64,000 bases of DNA from Candidatus Eiseniibacteriota bacterium (GCA_044223005.1 JBGAML010000005.1:128001-192000); one strand, 5' to 3'; counted from the stretch's first letter, positions 36,001-45,823 are shown. Notes: generated by a model not told the origin, from the letters alone. Numbers and translations are program-made.

Positions 36001-39000
36001 CGCGCGAGTTCGCTGCCGTCCGGAGCACCGACCACGACGCCCGCGGCGTCCGGTGCGCGGCACACGGTGGACCACGCCGCGGTCGTGCCGGTGCCGGGGG
36101 CAGCGAAGGCGAGCTCGAGTCCGACCGCGCTCGTGGACGCGTCGAGGTTCCACACCGCGACGGCGTGATCGCCCGGATAGGTCGCGACGGCCCGCCGCGC
36201 ATCCGCGGTGATCGTGATGGCCGACGGCGGGCCGGCGTGCGCGGGCGTGGTGCCCGCGAGCGTGCGCGTCGTCAGGTCGAAGATCGCCGCGCCACCGCCG
36301 CGAGCGGCGACGAGGAAGCGTCCGTCGGGCGAGACGGCGAGCGGCCCCGCCGTGCCGCCGAGCGGCAGCGTCGAGGCGACCGCGCGCGTGACCGGGTCCA
36401 CGAGCAGCACGCTGCTGCTCGCCGCGTCGGCGACGCACATCCAGCGCCCGAGCGGATCCGCCGCGAGGCCCGCGGGATCGACGCCCGCGAGCGAGCTCGT
36501 CGCGAGCTGGCCGAAGCCGGGGCCGGCCGCGAGCGAGACGACGAGCAGCGACGCTCTCGCGGGCTGCACGGCCCAGAGTTCGGATTCGTCGGCGCGGAAC
36601 GCGAGCCCCGAGAGAGCGCCCGCGACTCCGAGGTCGGCGGACGCCACGGGGGTGGTGAACGCCGCACCCGCGCGCGCATCGAAGAGGTCCACGCGCGCGG
36701 TGCACGGGCCGCTCGTCGCGTGCCCGACGCCGAGCCACGTGCCGAGCGGGGACTCCGAGGCCAGCGCCGACGCGGCATTCGCGCACGCGCCGCCGGAGAG
36801 GCCGGCCGCGAGCGTGGTCGCCACGGGCGCGAAGCGCGTCACGGGGTCGAGCCGCGTGAAGGCGAGGTCGTTCGTCCGCCGCGCGTCGGCGCCGACGGCC
36901 GCGGCCGAGAGCACCTGCTGCGCGCCGGTCGGCACCGCAACGCCCGCGGCGGTGCCGTCGGGGGCGAGGACGGCGGCCGTCGACGGCGAGCCGCCGAAGT
37001 CCGCGCTCGCACCGGCGGCGAACACCGCACCCGACGCCTGGAACGCGACGCGCGCGCCGGCCACGGCAGCCGGCGGGACGATGCGCACGAGCGCGGCGCT
37101 GCTGCCCGCGCCGTAGAGCGAGACGCTGCGGCCCGTCCCGTTGGCGACCGCCACGAGATCGCCCGCGGCGCTGGTCGCGACCGCGACGGGGCCGCTGCCC
37201 GTCGAGACCTCGGCGAGGCGCTGGTGGAACGTGGCGGCCGAGGCCGGGTCGAGCCCGACGACCTGCAGGCGGTCGAACGTGGAGTTGACCGCGAGTGCCG
37301 CGAGGCCCTGCGGCGTCGTGGCGACATCGCGCACCATGCCGCCGAGGTCGACGGTGCTCGTCGGGTGCGCGCTGGGACCGAGGTCCACGAACACGAGCTT
37401 GCCCGGCGAGGCGAGCCCGCCGGCGAACACGGCCTCGCGGCCGGTGATCGCGACCGCGGCGCCGCGCTCGGCTGCCGCCGCGGCGAAGTCGAACGCGACG
37501 GTGTCGCTGGTCGCGAACTGGCGGATGCCGTGGTTGGACGTCGTGTACAGGATGCGATCGCCCTGCGGCACGAGCGCGAGCCCGCCCGTGGGCACGGAGG
37601 AGGAGTCGCGCAGTTCGCGCAGCACCTGGAAGCGCGACAGGCTGCGCGCGTCGGTGTCGATCACGTAGTGCACGCCGACGTTGGCGTCACCCACCACGAG
37701 CCGCGTCGCGGCCGCCGAGAGCACGACGCCGTCGGGGCGGCCACCCGCGGCGACCGGGATGCGCGCGACGATGCGGCCGAAGGTCGCGACCACGGCGGGG
37801 TCGGCGCCGACCGCGACCACGTCGCCACTGTCGGGACGCGAGGCGTAGAGCAGGTCGCGCGCGGGCGCGACCACGACCGAGCGCGCCGCACCGATCGCGA
37901 ACGTGCGCACCGTGGGCGTGACGCCGGAACGGTCGATGACCACGAGCCCGGCGTCGCCGACGGCGTAGACCTGGCGGCCGTCGGCGGCGACGGAGACGTC
38001 GACCGGCGCGAAGCCGAGCGCGATCGGCGAACCGAGCGGCGAGGGCGCCGACTGCCCGCTCGCGGGCAGCAGCGTGAGGCCGAAGGGATTGCTGGCCTGG
38101 CTCGCCGACGTCACGGTGACCGGGCCGGTGACGGCGCCCGCAGGCACCGCGACCACGATCGCCGACGGCGTCACGGACGACGGCGTCACGACGGCGTCGC
38201 CGCACGAGCCGCAGACGCTGAAGGTCACCTGCGTCGCGCCGGGGGTGGCGTCGAAGCCGTCGCCGGTGATCGTCACGAACGCGCCGGGCGGCACCTGCCG
38301 CGGCTGCACGTCGGCGATCGCGACCGGCGGCGCGGCCATGGTCTGGAAGTGCACCACGACGTCGGCCGCCATCGGCAGGCCGCTGCGATCGGTGATCCCG
38401 GTCGTCAGCGTGAGCGTGTAGGCCGTGCCGAACGCCAGCGCCGGGTCGGCCGTGAACGAGAAGGCGCGGTCGTCGTCGAGCGAATACGCGAAGCCGGGGA
38501 CCTGCGCGTTCGTGTCGTCGCGGCGCAGCACGAACGTGGAACCGGTGAACGTCGAGCGGTCGAGCCGCTGGTCGAACCGCACGAGGACCGGCGCGTCGAT
38601 GCGCACGCCGCTCGAACCGTCGGCGGGCGTCAGGGCGACGACCGAGGGCGGGAGCGTGTCCACGTTGGTGACCACGTTGACGCTGTCGAGCAGTTGCCCG
38701 GCGGCGAGGTCGATCGTGCCGATCACGTTGGGGTCGTCGCGATCGGAATCGCCGGGGCTCCACCACTCGGCGTCGAAGTTGGTCGTCGCGATGTTGGCGA
38801 CGCGCTGGCTGATGTCCTCGGGCAGCAGCGGGAAGCCGCCCACTTCGCCGTCGAGCGGCGTGACGCGCACGCCGTACGTGCCGGGCGCGAGGCCCCGCAG
38901 CGCGAAGCGGCCCTGCTCGTCGGTGTAGTCGGACGCCACCGAATCCGCCGGCAGGCCCGAAGCGAGCCGCACGGCCGTGACGAGGGCGCCGCCCAGCAGC

Positions 39001-42000
39001 TCGTGCGTACCGCCGCGGGTCACGCGGCCGCGCAGGGTGCCCCAGCCGGTGCCGAAGGCCGCCGCGGGGTACGCGGCGCCGATCGCGGCCTGGTCGTCCT
39101 CGGTCAGCGAGCGGCCGTCGGTCCCCGCCTGCAGCACGTAGAACATGCTCGCGTCGAGCACGCCCGAGTGGCTGAGGCCGAGCAGGTGGCCGATCTCGTG
39201 CGTCGCGACGCTCTCGAGATCGAACGCACCGGGGCCGGCGTTCCACGTCGACGTGCCGTATCGGAACGCGGGGTTGAAGAGGATGTCGGCGTCGAGGATC
39301 TGTCCCGGCAGGTGCATCTGGTCGTCGAACGCGCCGCGCCGCGCGAACGAGAGCGTGGGCGTCACCGCGACCACGTTGTCGGGGAACTGGAAGTCGGGAT
39401 CGGTGAAGGTGACGAGGTTGATGCCGTCCGTGGACGACGCGTTCGCCTGTGCGACCGGAGCGCCCTCGGTGACCGGCACGTTCGCACGCGCGACGTTCTT
39501 CCAGTTCTGGAACGCGGCGCGGACCGCGGCCGCCGTGCTGCCGTCGCCGATGCGCGGGTCGCCGGCAGAGGAGAGGTGCCACACGATCGGGAGGGCGGAC
39601 GCAGGCCACGTTTCGACGTGCCGCAGCGTCGCGGTCGGATCGACGCAGCCGTCGCCGTCGGTGTCCTGTCCGATCGAGCTCTCGTCGGAGCAGGCGTCGA
39701 CGCGGTCGGCGACGCCATCGAAGTCGTGGTCGGCCGAGAGCTGCACGATCCGGATGTCGTCGAGGTAGGGATAGCGCGTCGGAACCGCGTGGCCGGGGCC
39801 ACCGAAGTGTCCCGAGGGGAAGCCTTCGATGTTGTGGCGGAGGCGGAAGAGTACGCGCACCGAGTCCACGCCCACGGGCGTGGGAGGCATGTACCGGAAC
39901 GAGCGCCCGTTCCAGTACGGCTGCTCGATGTCCGTACCGCCGTAGACGAACGGCCCGAACGTCTGCTCGCCCGTCACCGCACCCGCGGCCGACTTGGTCT
40001 GCACCACGCCGCGCAGTTCGACGTCAGGCACGTAGCCCGTGAGCTTGCCCGAGAAGATCACGTAGATCGCGCTGTCGGCGCGGGCCACCGGCACCCACGG
40101 CGAGACGATCGCGGCGTCCGTTCCGGCGGGGAGCGAATCGCGGCCGACGAAGAACGACCAGGCGCACGAGGTGTTGCCGAAGTCGTAGTTCGCCACGGGT
40201 GCGATGACGTTGCCGGGCAGCGGGAAGTCGGGGCCGGAATAGCTGCCCGAGTTCTCGAAGGCGCCGTCGTGGACGCCGAGCGTCCAGGGCCCCGTCGATC
40301 CGTCCTCGAAGTCCGTCATGGGCACGAGTGGCGTGCCGTTGCCGTCGGTGACGACGAGGTTGTCGAGCACGCACGGACCGGGCGCCAGCGGCAGCATGCC
40401 GGTGTTCTTCACGCGAACGCGAACGCGGGTCACGCCCGGCAGGGCGACGCTCGGCGTCGCGACGATGTGGCCGCACGTCGGACCGATTTCGACGCCGAAT
40501 CCACCGGTCCCGTAAAGGACGCTGACGAGCCGGGTGTCACCCGTGGCGGTGAGGTGCAGTGGCTGCCACGATCCGTCGGCCATCTCGCCCTCGACGCGCA
40601 GGTAGTCGCCGGAATCCGACGTCCGCGCGAGCCAGGCGAGATCCAGCGCCACCCGTATCCCGCCCGGGCCCGTGGTGGAGACGGGCGGCGAGAGCAGCCA
40701 CTGGTTGATGCCGTCCGGGTACACTTCCTCCGGTGAGAGCGTGGCCGCACCGAAGTCGAACGCACGCGAGCCCATCGCGACCTCGATGGCCACGCCGGCG
40801 ACGGTGTTCATCGTCGCGCCCGCGACGAAGTGCTGGATCGGCCCCGTGGTCCCCATGTCGAACCCGCCGCCATAGAAACCCACGTTGTCCGAGCGCATGG
40901 TGAAGAAGAGCCCGCCGGCTCCGTCCTCGGTCACGAGTTCGAATCGCTCGATGCCACGCCGGAGGGCTTCGGGCGAACCGGGAGGCACGTCGAACCGCGG
41001 ATCGAGGTTCGCCGAGCCCGCGACCCGCCGGAGGGAATCGCCTTCGGAGGCGAGCACGACATACGAAGCGAATTCACCGAACGTCGCGGGTACGGTTGCC
41101 CGGACGAGCCAGGAGGCCGCGCTGCGATCGACGCCGAGCACCTGCGGGAAGCGCGGGTCGGAGGCGAGGTCGTAACGAACCGCGATCGTGCCGAGCGTGA
41201 GATCGATGCGACGCACGCGGCGTGAACCGGATTCGGTCAGGAGCAGTTCGGATCCGCCGGCGTCGACGGCGATCGACGTGGGCGCCACGGTCGAACTGGT
41301 GGCCGGGACGCCGTCCGGCCCGATGGCGTCCGTCCCGTTGCCGGCGATCGTCACGACGCGGCCGTCGGCGCGCAGCATGCGGATCCGGCCCGGCTCGGCG
41401 AAATAGACCCGCCCGGAGGCATCGCACGCGATCGCGCGGATTCCGGTGAACGCCTGCAGGGTGCCGAGCGTGTCGCTGCTCGAACCGCCCGGATTCCCCG
41501 CGACGTACTGGAGTGGCCCGCCGGCATCCGGCAGGCCCAGGAGTTCCCCGCTGGTCCGATCGAAGACGAGCACGCGACCGTGCGCGGCGTCCCACGTCAT
41601 GCCCGCCGGGTCGAGAGTCGGCGGGAGGTCGGTCCCGAAGCGGACCCAGTTCCCGCTCACCAGTCGTACGGCGAAGGCTTCCGCCCCCGAGGGCGCGAGC
41701 GTATCGAGGACCGCGACGCAGTTCCCCGCGCCATCGCGACCGAGCGCCTGGATCGGGCCCACGAACCGCCCGAGCGCCGCCACGGGGTCGCTGCCGATCG
41801 GCGTGCGCACGAGCGTCGGCGATTGGAACTGCGGGTCGAGCCAGAAGGCCTGGTTGACGAGGTACCGGCCGCTGATGCTCCAGTACGTCTTCGTGGTGAG
41901 GTCGAGGCCCTGCCAGCCGCTCGTGCGACAGACGCCCGTGTGGTCGTCGAAGCCGTACGACTGGATCAGGAACGAATCCGAGAGCGAGAAGCCCGCCTCG

Positions 42001-42197
42001 AGCGGCACGATCGTGCGGCCGCGCGTGAGCGACGAGAAGGTGGGCAGCGTCGAGACGTCGACCGGCACGACCGCGGGACGCGGCGCGCGAGGCGGAGCGG
42101 CGAGCGATGCGCGCGTGTCCTGCGCCTGCACGGTGCCGACGGCCAGGGCGAGTAGCAGCGCGGCGAACACGGGGCGGAACGCGCGGAGCGTCGTCAT
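33024..42197 (-). CDS. Giant secreted multidomain protein: NHL-like, TSP3-like, matrixin (M10) metalloprotease, Ig-like (Big_5), IPT/TIG, YVTN beta-propellers, FlgD-Ig/CTD
   Basis: Signal peptide; DHDFDGVADRVDAC/DTDGDGC; ATHEIGHLLGLSHS...ASMFY (metzincin + Met-turn); C-terminal HPNP...YDLLGRRVRTL...GVYFARF. Confidence 0.9.
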   Translation of the reverse strand: MTTLRAFRPVFAALLLALAVGTVQAQDTRASLAAPPRAPRPAVVPVDVSTLPTFSSLTRGRTIVPLEAGFSLSDSFLIQSYGFDDHTGVCRTSGWQGLDLTTKTYWSISGRYLVNQAFWLDPQFQSPTLVRTPIGSDPVAALGRFVGPIQALGRDGAGNCVAVLDTLAPSGAEAFAVRLVSGNWVRFGTDLPPTLDPAGMTWDAAHGRVLVFDRTSGELLGLPDAGGPLQYVAGNPGGSSSDTLGTLQAFTGIRAIACDASGRVYFAEPGRIRMLRADGRVVTIAGNGTDAIGPDGVPATSSTVAPTSIAVDAGGSELLLTESGSRRVRRIDLTLGTIAVRYDLASDPRFPQVLGVDRSAASWLVRATVPATFGEFASYVVLASEGDSLRRVAGSANLDPRFDVPPGSPEALRRGIERFELVTEDGAGGLFFTMRSDNVGFYGGGFDMGTTGPIQHFVAGATMNTVAGVAIEVAMGSRAFDFGAATLSPEEVYPDGINQWLLSPPVSTTGPGGIRVALDLAWLARTSDSGDYLRVEGEMADGSWQPLHLTATGDTRLVSVLYGTGGFGVEIGPTCGHIVATPSVALPGVTRVRVRVKNTGMLPLAPGPCVLDNLVVTDGNGTPLVPMTDFEDGSTGPWTLGVHDGAFENSGSYSGPDFPLPGNVIAPVANYDFGNTSCAWSFFVGRDSLPAGTDAAIVSPWVPVARADSAIYVIFSGKLTGYVPDVELRGVVQTKSAAGAVTGEQTFGPFVYGGTDIEQPYWNGRSFRYMPPTPVGVDSVRVLFRLRHNIEGFPSGHFGGPGHAVPTRYPYLDDIRIVQLSADHDFDGVADRVDACSDESSIGQDTDGDGCVDPTATLRHVETWPASALPIVWHLSSAGDPRIGDGSTAAAVRAAFQNWKNVARANVPVTEGAPVAQANASSTDGINLVTFTDPDFQFPDNVVAVTPTLSFARRGAFDDQMHLPGQILDADILFNPAFRYGTSTWNAGPGAFDLESVATHEIGHLLGLSHSGVLDASMFYVLQAGTDGRSLTEDDQAAIGAAYPAAAFGTGWGTLRGRVTRGGTHELLGGALVTAVRLASGLPADSVASDYTDEQGRFALRGLAPGTYGVRVTPLDGEVGGFPLLPEDISQRVANIATTNFDAEWWSPGDSDRDDPNVIGTIDLAAGQLLDSVNVVTNVDTLPPSVVALTPADGSSGVRIDAPVLVRFDQRLDRSTFTGSTFVLRRDDTNAQVPGFAYSLDDDRAFSFTADPALAFGTAYTLTLTTGITDRSGLPMAADVVVHFQTMAAPPVAIADVQPRQVPPGAFVTITGDGFDATPGATQVTFSVCGSCGDAVVTPSSVTPSAIVVAVPAGAVTGPVTVTSASQASNPFGLTLLPASGQSAPSPLGSPIALGFAPVDVSVAADGRQVYAVGDAGLVVIDRSGVTPTVRTFAIGAARSVVVAPARDLLYASRPDSGDVVAVGADPAVVATFGRIVARIPVAAGGRPDGVVLSAAATRLVVGDANVGVHYVIDTDARSLSRFQVLRELRDSSSVPTGGLALVPQGDRILYTTSNHGIRQFATSDTVAFDFAAAAAERGAAVAITGREAVFAGGLASPGKLVFVDLGPSAHPTSTVDLGGMVRDVATTPQGLAALAVNSTFDRLQVVGLDPASAATFHQRLAEVSTGSGPVAVATSAAGDLVAVANGTGRSVSLYGAGSSAALVRIVPPAAVAGARVAFQASGAVFAAGASADFGGSPSTAAVLAPDGTAAGVAVPTGAQQVLSAAAVGADARRTNDLAFTRLDPVTRFAPVATTLAAGLSGGACANAASALASESPLGTWLGVGHATSGPCTARVDLFDARAGAAFTTPVASADLGVAGALSGLAFRADESELWAVQPARASLLVVSLAAGPGFGQLATSSLAGVDPAGLAADPLGRWMCVADAASSSVLLVDPVTRAVASTLPLGGTAGPLAVSPDGRFLVAARGGGAAIFDLTTRTLAGTTPAHAGPPSAITITADARRAVATYPGDHAVAVWNLDASTSAVGLELAFAAPGTGTTAAWSTVCRAPDAAGVVVGAPDGSELARLEVAGNAPEAVRANALVPSLALANSADGRRLWSVVPGSTGAVLFALDDATRFTVVSGAGQSGPPGTLLPLPVVVRVEDGDGNPEAGVAVRLATSGALPGTLDGGATTLVLRSGPDGLAATGWTLPASAGATQLTISAPGLAQAAAVLGADASGSNALISPQITELGPADGATGILAGSPLFARFNQPMDSLSLVGALQLTSGGSGSLPGAFSLAEGRTVAIFQPQSPLAYGQSYTWSVNGGALDSDGQSLLSPAQAGFTVEPAPTLSLASVYPPAGPVGTVLTLAGTGFPVTAGLHTVRVGGVVAPVTSATATTISVLVPEGAPVGPVTVTDQVGATTSNALAFQVHETDPDPTSELTRLLLRPDVSAAVVAPDGLHFYFANPRLDQVSVAVLTSGALLADGSFATGHEPVALALTPDGRRLYVANAGSHDLWVFASDSGYVNHRVVATVPLGGTPRQIAYSAKRQELYVLTGATLQVVDAQPGNTTYHQVTSTVNTGSTGTAIVISPDGGEGYVLTSGGTLLVVDLRSRAVTSTVNTGSSGTAIVITPDGGLLVALLADGRLIAIDNNPVSSRFHQVTSTVNTGTGGTAIVITPDGGSLYAINESGQVVKYQITGHVTNASLASPAPVGLVARETFDLGRGAGSLAVDPLRGRYFLATSPGTGEAVLVGVPDLLVSVVGTLELQPNTIQLRSEGRWIHGTISLPAPSSARDIDVASIRLQGTVPCDTSYHVLRLAHEHECDSTWTLRVRFDRIAVQWVVSEGDSVPVTVTGRAGDVAFRAVDVVRVRRGTVTAPHAHEVVRPGQPYVVRWSTPKDVKAKEVAILASFDGGMEWTVLEESRPNTGSYTWSVPAGYVPDARIAVALIEEVIDPDSLVVEGVLATSDAFSIVAASEADGLPAVLSFAPAHPNPASGRALFRFGLPVRTRVSLELYDLLGRRVRTLADGVRAAGWHEIAWRGDSDAGAHLHAGVYFARFRAQGREFRQRLVWLE

Positions 42198-42799
42198 GGC
42201 GGCGGCCCTCCCTTTCCGTCCGCGCCCGCGGACGTCGCGAGCGCTCGGCGGATGGCCGCCTTGAAGTCGTCGAGCGCCACCGGCGTCTCGGGCGCCGCGG
42301 CGCGGGCGAGACGGAGCGTGCCCGCTTCGCGCAGGGTGAGGCCGGCGAGGTCGCGGCGCACCACGTCGCGGCCGTTCGCGCCGCGCTCGATGTCGTACTT
42401 GCCCTGCGCGAGGCCGTTCACCTGCGCGCGGCCGCGCGCGTCACGCCAGAGGAACAGCACCGACCGCTGCCCGACCCGGAACACCGGGCTGCCTTCCACC
42501 TCGAGATGCATGCCGTCGACGTCGCCACCCAGCTGCGTGAGCGTGATCGTGGCGGGCCCGGCACCCTTGAGTGTCTCGGCGACGCGGACGGTCACGTCGG
42601 TGACGATGCGCGTGCGCGCGTCGTTCCAGTGCGAGCGCGTGCCGGCGACTTCGCCGATCACGATGTCGCTCGAACCGCGCGCGAGCGTCGGGGTATCCTG
42701 GCCGACGACCTGCGTCGCACGAGCGGGGACGGCGAACGAGACGAGCAGGACGAGGAGCGCGGAAAGCGCGCGCGGGCACTGCGGCGGGTGGGCGAGCAT
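42194..42799 (-). CDS. Secreted hypothetical protein (TIMP/NTR-like OB fold suspected), coupled to the matrixin gene
   Basis: Signal peptide; SDIVIGEV...IVTDVTVRVAETLKG...LGGDVDG...PVFRVGQRSVLFL; ATGA overlap with the 3057-aa gene. Confidence 0.72.
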   Translation of the reverse strand: MLAHPPQCPRALSALLVLLVSFAVPARATQVVGQDTPTLARGSSDIVIGEVAGTRSHWNDARTRIVTDVTVRVAETLKGAGPATITLTQLGGDVDGMHLEVEGSPVFRVGQRSVLFLWRDARGRAQVNGLAQGKYDIERGANGRDVVRRDLAGLTLREAGTLRLARAAAPETPVALDDFKAAIRRALATSAGADGKGGPPP

Positions 42800-43031
42800 G
42801 GGGAGGGTCCCGGGGTGCGCGACGGACGGACCCGGACGCGACCGACGCGACCGGAGTTGTGCACGGGGGAACACCCACCACGCGGCTGGGGCACGGGGGG
42901 GGCGCCTCTTCACAATGTAGAGGGGGCGCCGGCGGTCAAGGAAGTGAAAACACGCATTTTGGCAGCGGAAACCCGGCGGCCTGGGCCACGGATTGCTCCG
43001 CGGCCCGAAAGTCCATAGCCTGCCGCCCGCG

Positions 43032-44747
43032 ATGGCCGACGGACGGATCCTGCACTACGAGATCGTCCGGCCGCTGGGGCACGGCGGCATGGGCGAGGTG
43101 TTCGAGGCGCTCGACACGCGCCTCGGCCGCCGCGTGGCGATCAAGTTCATCTCGGAGCGGATCTCCGGCAACACCGACTCCGTGCGCCGGTTCGAGCGCG
43201 AGGCCCGTGCCGCGGCGCAGCTCTCGCACCCGCACATCGCGACCGTGCACGCGCTCGAGCATGACGGCGAGCGGCTGTTCATCGTCGCGGAACTGCTGAC
43301 GGGTGGCACGCTGCGGAGCCGCATGCCGGCTGGCGGGATGGACGTGCCGATGGCGCTCGCACTCACCCGCGACATGGCGTCGGCGCTCGCGCACGCGCAC
43401 GCGCGCGGCATCGTCCATCGCGACGTCAAGCCGGAGAACATGCTCTTCGCCGGCGACGGCGCACTCAAGCTCACGGACTTCGGCCTCGCCAAGCTCGCGA
43501 CGTCCTCGCAGCTCACCATGGTCGACACGACGGTGGGCACGGTCAGCTACCTCGCACCGGAATCGATCGGCGGCGCGGGCGACGCGCGTGCGGACGTGTT
43601 CGCGCTCGGCGTGGTGCTGTTCGAACTGCTGACGGGCCAGCTGCCGTTCCGCGCCGAGAACCCGATGGCGATGATGTACCAGATCGCCAACGCCGAGCCG
43701 GTATCGCCGAGCACGCTGCGAGCCGGTCTCGCGCCCGAGGTCTGCGCGCTCGCGCTCGCGCTGCTCGCCAAGACACCCGCGACGCGTCCCGACGCCACCG
43801 AGGCGGCGCGCCGGCTGGCGGAACTCTGCGGCACGCCGCCGGACGGATCGCCTGGGAGCGCGCCGGACGCGCTGCTGCGGACGCAGGAAATGCCGGTGCC
43901 GGGCGACACGATCGCGATCCCGTCGCCGCCGCGGCACCGGCGTTCGTCCACGCCCGCACTCGCCATCGCCGGCGGCGTGGCCGCGGCCGCGCTGGCGTTC
44001 GTCCTCTGGCGCGCGATGCATCCCGCGCCGGACGCGTCCGGAGGCGGCGTCCCCGAGTCACGCCGGATCGAAGCCCGCGCGCTCGCCGACGACGCGGCGC
44101 GGTTCCTCACCCTGGGCGAGCTCGATTCGGCGCAGGCTCGTGCCGAGGCCGCGCTGCGGCTCGATCCGCGCAGCGCGAGCGGCCGGATCAACCTCGCGCA
44201 GGTGCTGCGCGGCCGCGGCGAGGCGACGCGCGCGGCGGCGCTGCTTTCGGCGGTCACCCGCGACGCGCAGGCGAGCGCGGGCCTGCGCGCGTCGGCGTGG
44301 GAGGCGCTCGGCGACATGGCGCTCGCCGACCGCACGTGGCCGGAGGCGGTCCGCGACCTCGAGCAGAGCTTCGCGATCGACTCCAGCGAGCGCGGCTACA
44401 GCCAGCTCGGTTACGCCCTCGTCCGGGCCGCGCGGCCGGCGGATGCGCTGGTGCTGCTTCGGCGAGGGCTGGCGCGCTACCCCGGCAGCGCACCGCTGCA
44501 CAAGAATGCCGCGTACGCGCTGTTGCGCAGCGACAGCCTCGCGGCCGCGCGGGCCGAGGTGGAGCGTGCCGTGGCGCTGGATCCCGCGTTCACGCCGGCG
44601 TACGGCGTGCGGGCCCGCATCGCGGCCCGCACGGGCGACGCCCCGCGAGCGCAGCGGGACCTCGCCGCGTTCCTCGCCGGCCATCCGGACCCGGCGGACA
44701 GCGCCGAGGTCGCGGGCGACGTGGCCGGGGCGGCATCGCGGCGTTGA
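43032..44747 (+). CDS. Membrane Ser/Thr kinase with extracytoplasmic TPR domain
   Basis: LGHGGMGEV, VAIK, HRDVKPEN, DFG, YLAPE; TM LAIAGGVAAAALAFVLW; TPR-like helices after it. Confidence 0.92.
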   Translation: MADGRILHYEIVRPLGHGGMGEVFEALDTRLGRRVAIKFISERISGNTDSVRRFEREARAAAQLSHPHIATVHALEHDGERLFIVAELLTGGTLRSRMPAGGMDVPMALALTRDMASALAHAHARGIVHRDVKPENMLFAGDGALKLTDFGLAKLATSSQLTMVDTTVGTVSYLAPESIGGAGDARADVFALGVVLFELLTGQLPFRAENPMAMMYQIANAEPVSPSTLRAGLAPEVCALALALLAKTPATRPDATEAARRLAELCGTPPDGSPGSAPDALLRTQEMPVPGDTIAIPSPPRHRRSSTPALAIAGGVAAAALAFVLWRAMHPAPDASGGGVPESRRIEARALADDAARFLTLGELDSAQARAEAALRLDPRSASGRINLAQVLRGRGEATRAAALLSAVTRDAQASAGLRASAWEALGDMALADRTWPEAVRDLEQSFAIDSSERGYSQLGYALVRAARPADALVLLRRGLARYPGSAPLHKNAAYALLRSDSLAAARAEVERAVALDPAFTPAYGVRARIAARTGDAPRAQRDLAAFLAGHPDPADSAEVAGDVAGAASRR

Positions 44748-44857
44748 ACACGCGATCGGGCCTTCCCGCCGCGACGCGCGTTGACTAGAGTGCCCGCGAG
44801 GCCGCGGGGCCGGATCGTGCGCGGAGCGCGCACCGGACCTCCGCGCGAGGAGGCGTC

Positions 44858-45823
44858 ATGAAGCGGATCACGCTCGCAATGCCCGGCCTGCTGTTCGCGC
44901 TCGCGTCCTACGGCGCGTCCGGCGCGACGGCGGGATCGCCGCTGGCCATCGTCGCCTCCGTGAGGGGACCGGTCGACGTGACCGCCGCGACGGGAGGGAG
45001 CGCGTCGCGTGCCGGTTTCGGGCGCGCGCTCGGCCGCGGAGATCGCCTGAACGTCGGCGCGCACGGCCACGTCACGATCGTCTTCAACGACGGCAACGTG
45101 ATCGAACTCGGTGAGAAGAGCACGCTCACGATCGGCGGCCGCGCGGCCACGGCGCCGCGCGCGGCGGGCGCCGCGCCCCTCGGCGGCGAGATCGTCGCGA
45201 GCGTCAACCGCTTCGTCGCGGGCGGCTCGCGCGAGAGCGGGCTCGTCGGCCTGACGCCCCTGCGGGCGGGAGGCGAACCGGCCGCGCTGCTCGTGACACC
45301 GCGGCGTTCGAACCTGCTCGACGACCGGCCCGCGCTGGCGTGGCGCCGCGTCGACGAAGCGGTGCGCTACCACGTGACGGTGAGCACCGAGTCGGGCGAG
45401 CTCTGGTCGCGCGACGTGAGCGACACCGCGATGACCTACCCGGCCGACGCGCCGCCGCTGCCCCGCGGCCGCGATGCCGAATGGGAAGTGCGCGCGCTCT
45501 CGGATCGCGACGAGATCCGCCGCGAGTCGGCGGTGGTGCACGTGGTCCCCGTGGATGTGGCGATGGCCGCGCGCGACGCGGTGGCCCGCATTCGCGAGGT
45601 GACGGGCGACGCGAACCCGGCGGCCCGGTTCCTCGCGGGCTCGTACGATTTCGGGCAGGGGCTCTACGAGGATTCGCGCGCCGAGTTCGAGCGGCTCGCC
45701 GAACTGGCGCCCGATTCGCCGGGCCCGCACGAGGCGCTGGGCAACGTGTACCGCGCGCAGGGACTGATGGAGCGGGCGGCGGAGGAGTACCGCAAGGCCC
45801 TGGAGCTCGGGCGCGAGCCGTAG
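44858..45823 (+). CDS. Secreted FecR-like/DUF928-like protein with C-terminal TPR
   Basis: Signal peptide; LGRGDRLNVG...IVFNDG; RPALAWRRVDEAVRYHVTV...EWEVRA; PHEALGNVYRAQGL. Confidence 0.7.
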   Translation: MKRITLAMPGLLFALASYGASGATAGSPLAIVASVRGPVDVTAATGGSASRAGFGRALGRGDRLNVGAHGHVTIVFNDGNVIELGEKSTLTIGGRAATAPRAAGAAPLGGEIVASVNRFVAGGSRESGLVGLTPLRAGGEPAALLVTPRRSNLLDDRPALAWRRVDEAVRYHVTVSTESGELWSRDVSDTAMTYPADAPPLPRGRDAEWEVRALSDRDEIRRESAVVHVVPVDVAMAARDAVARIREVTGDANPAARFLAGSYDFGQGLYEDSRAEFERLAELAPDSPGPHEALGNVYRAQGLMERAAEEYRKALELGREP

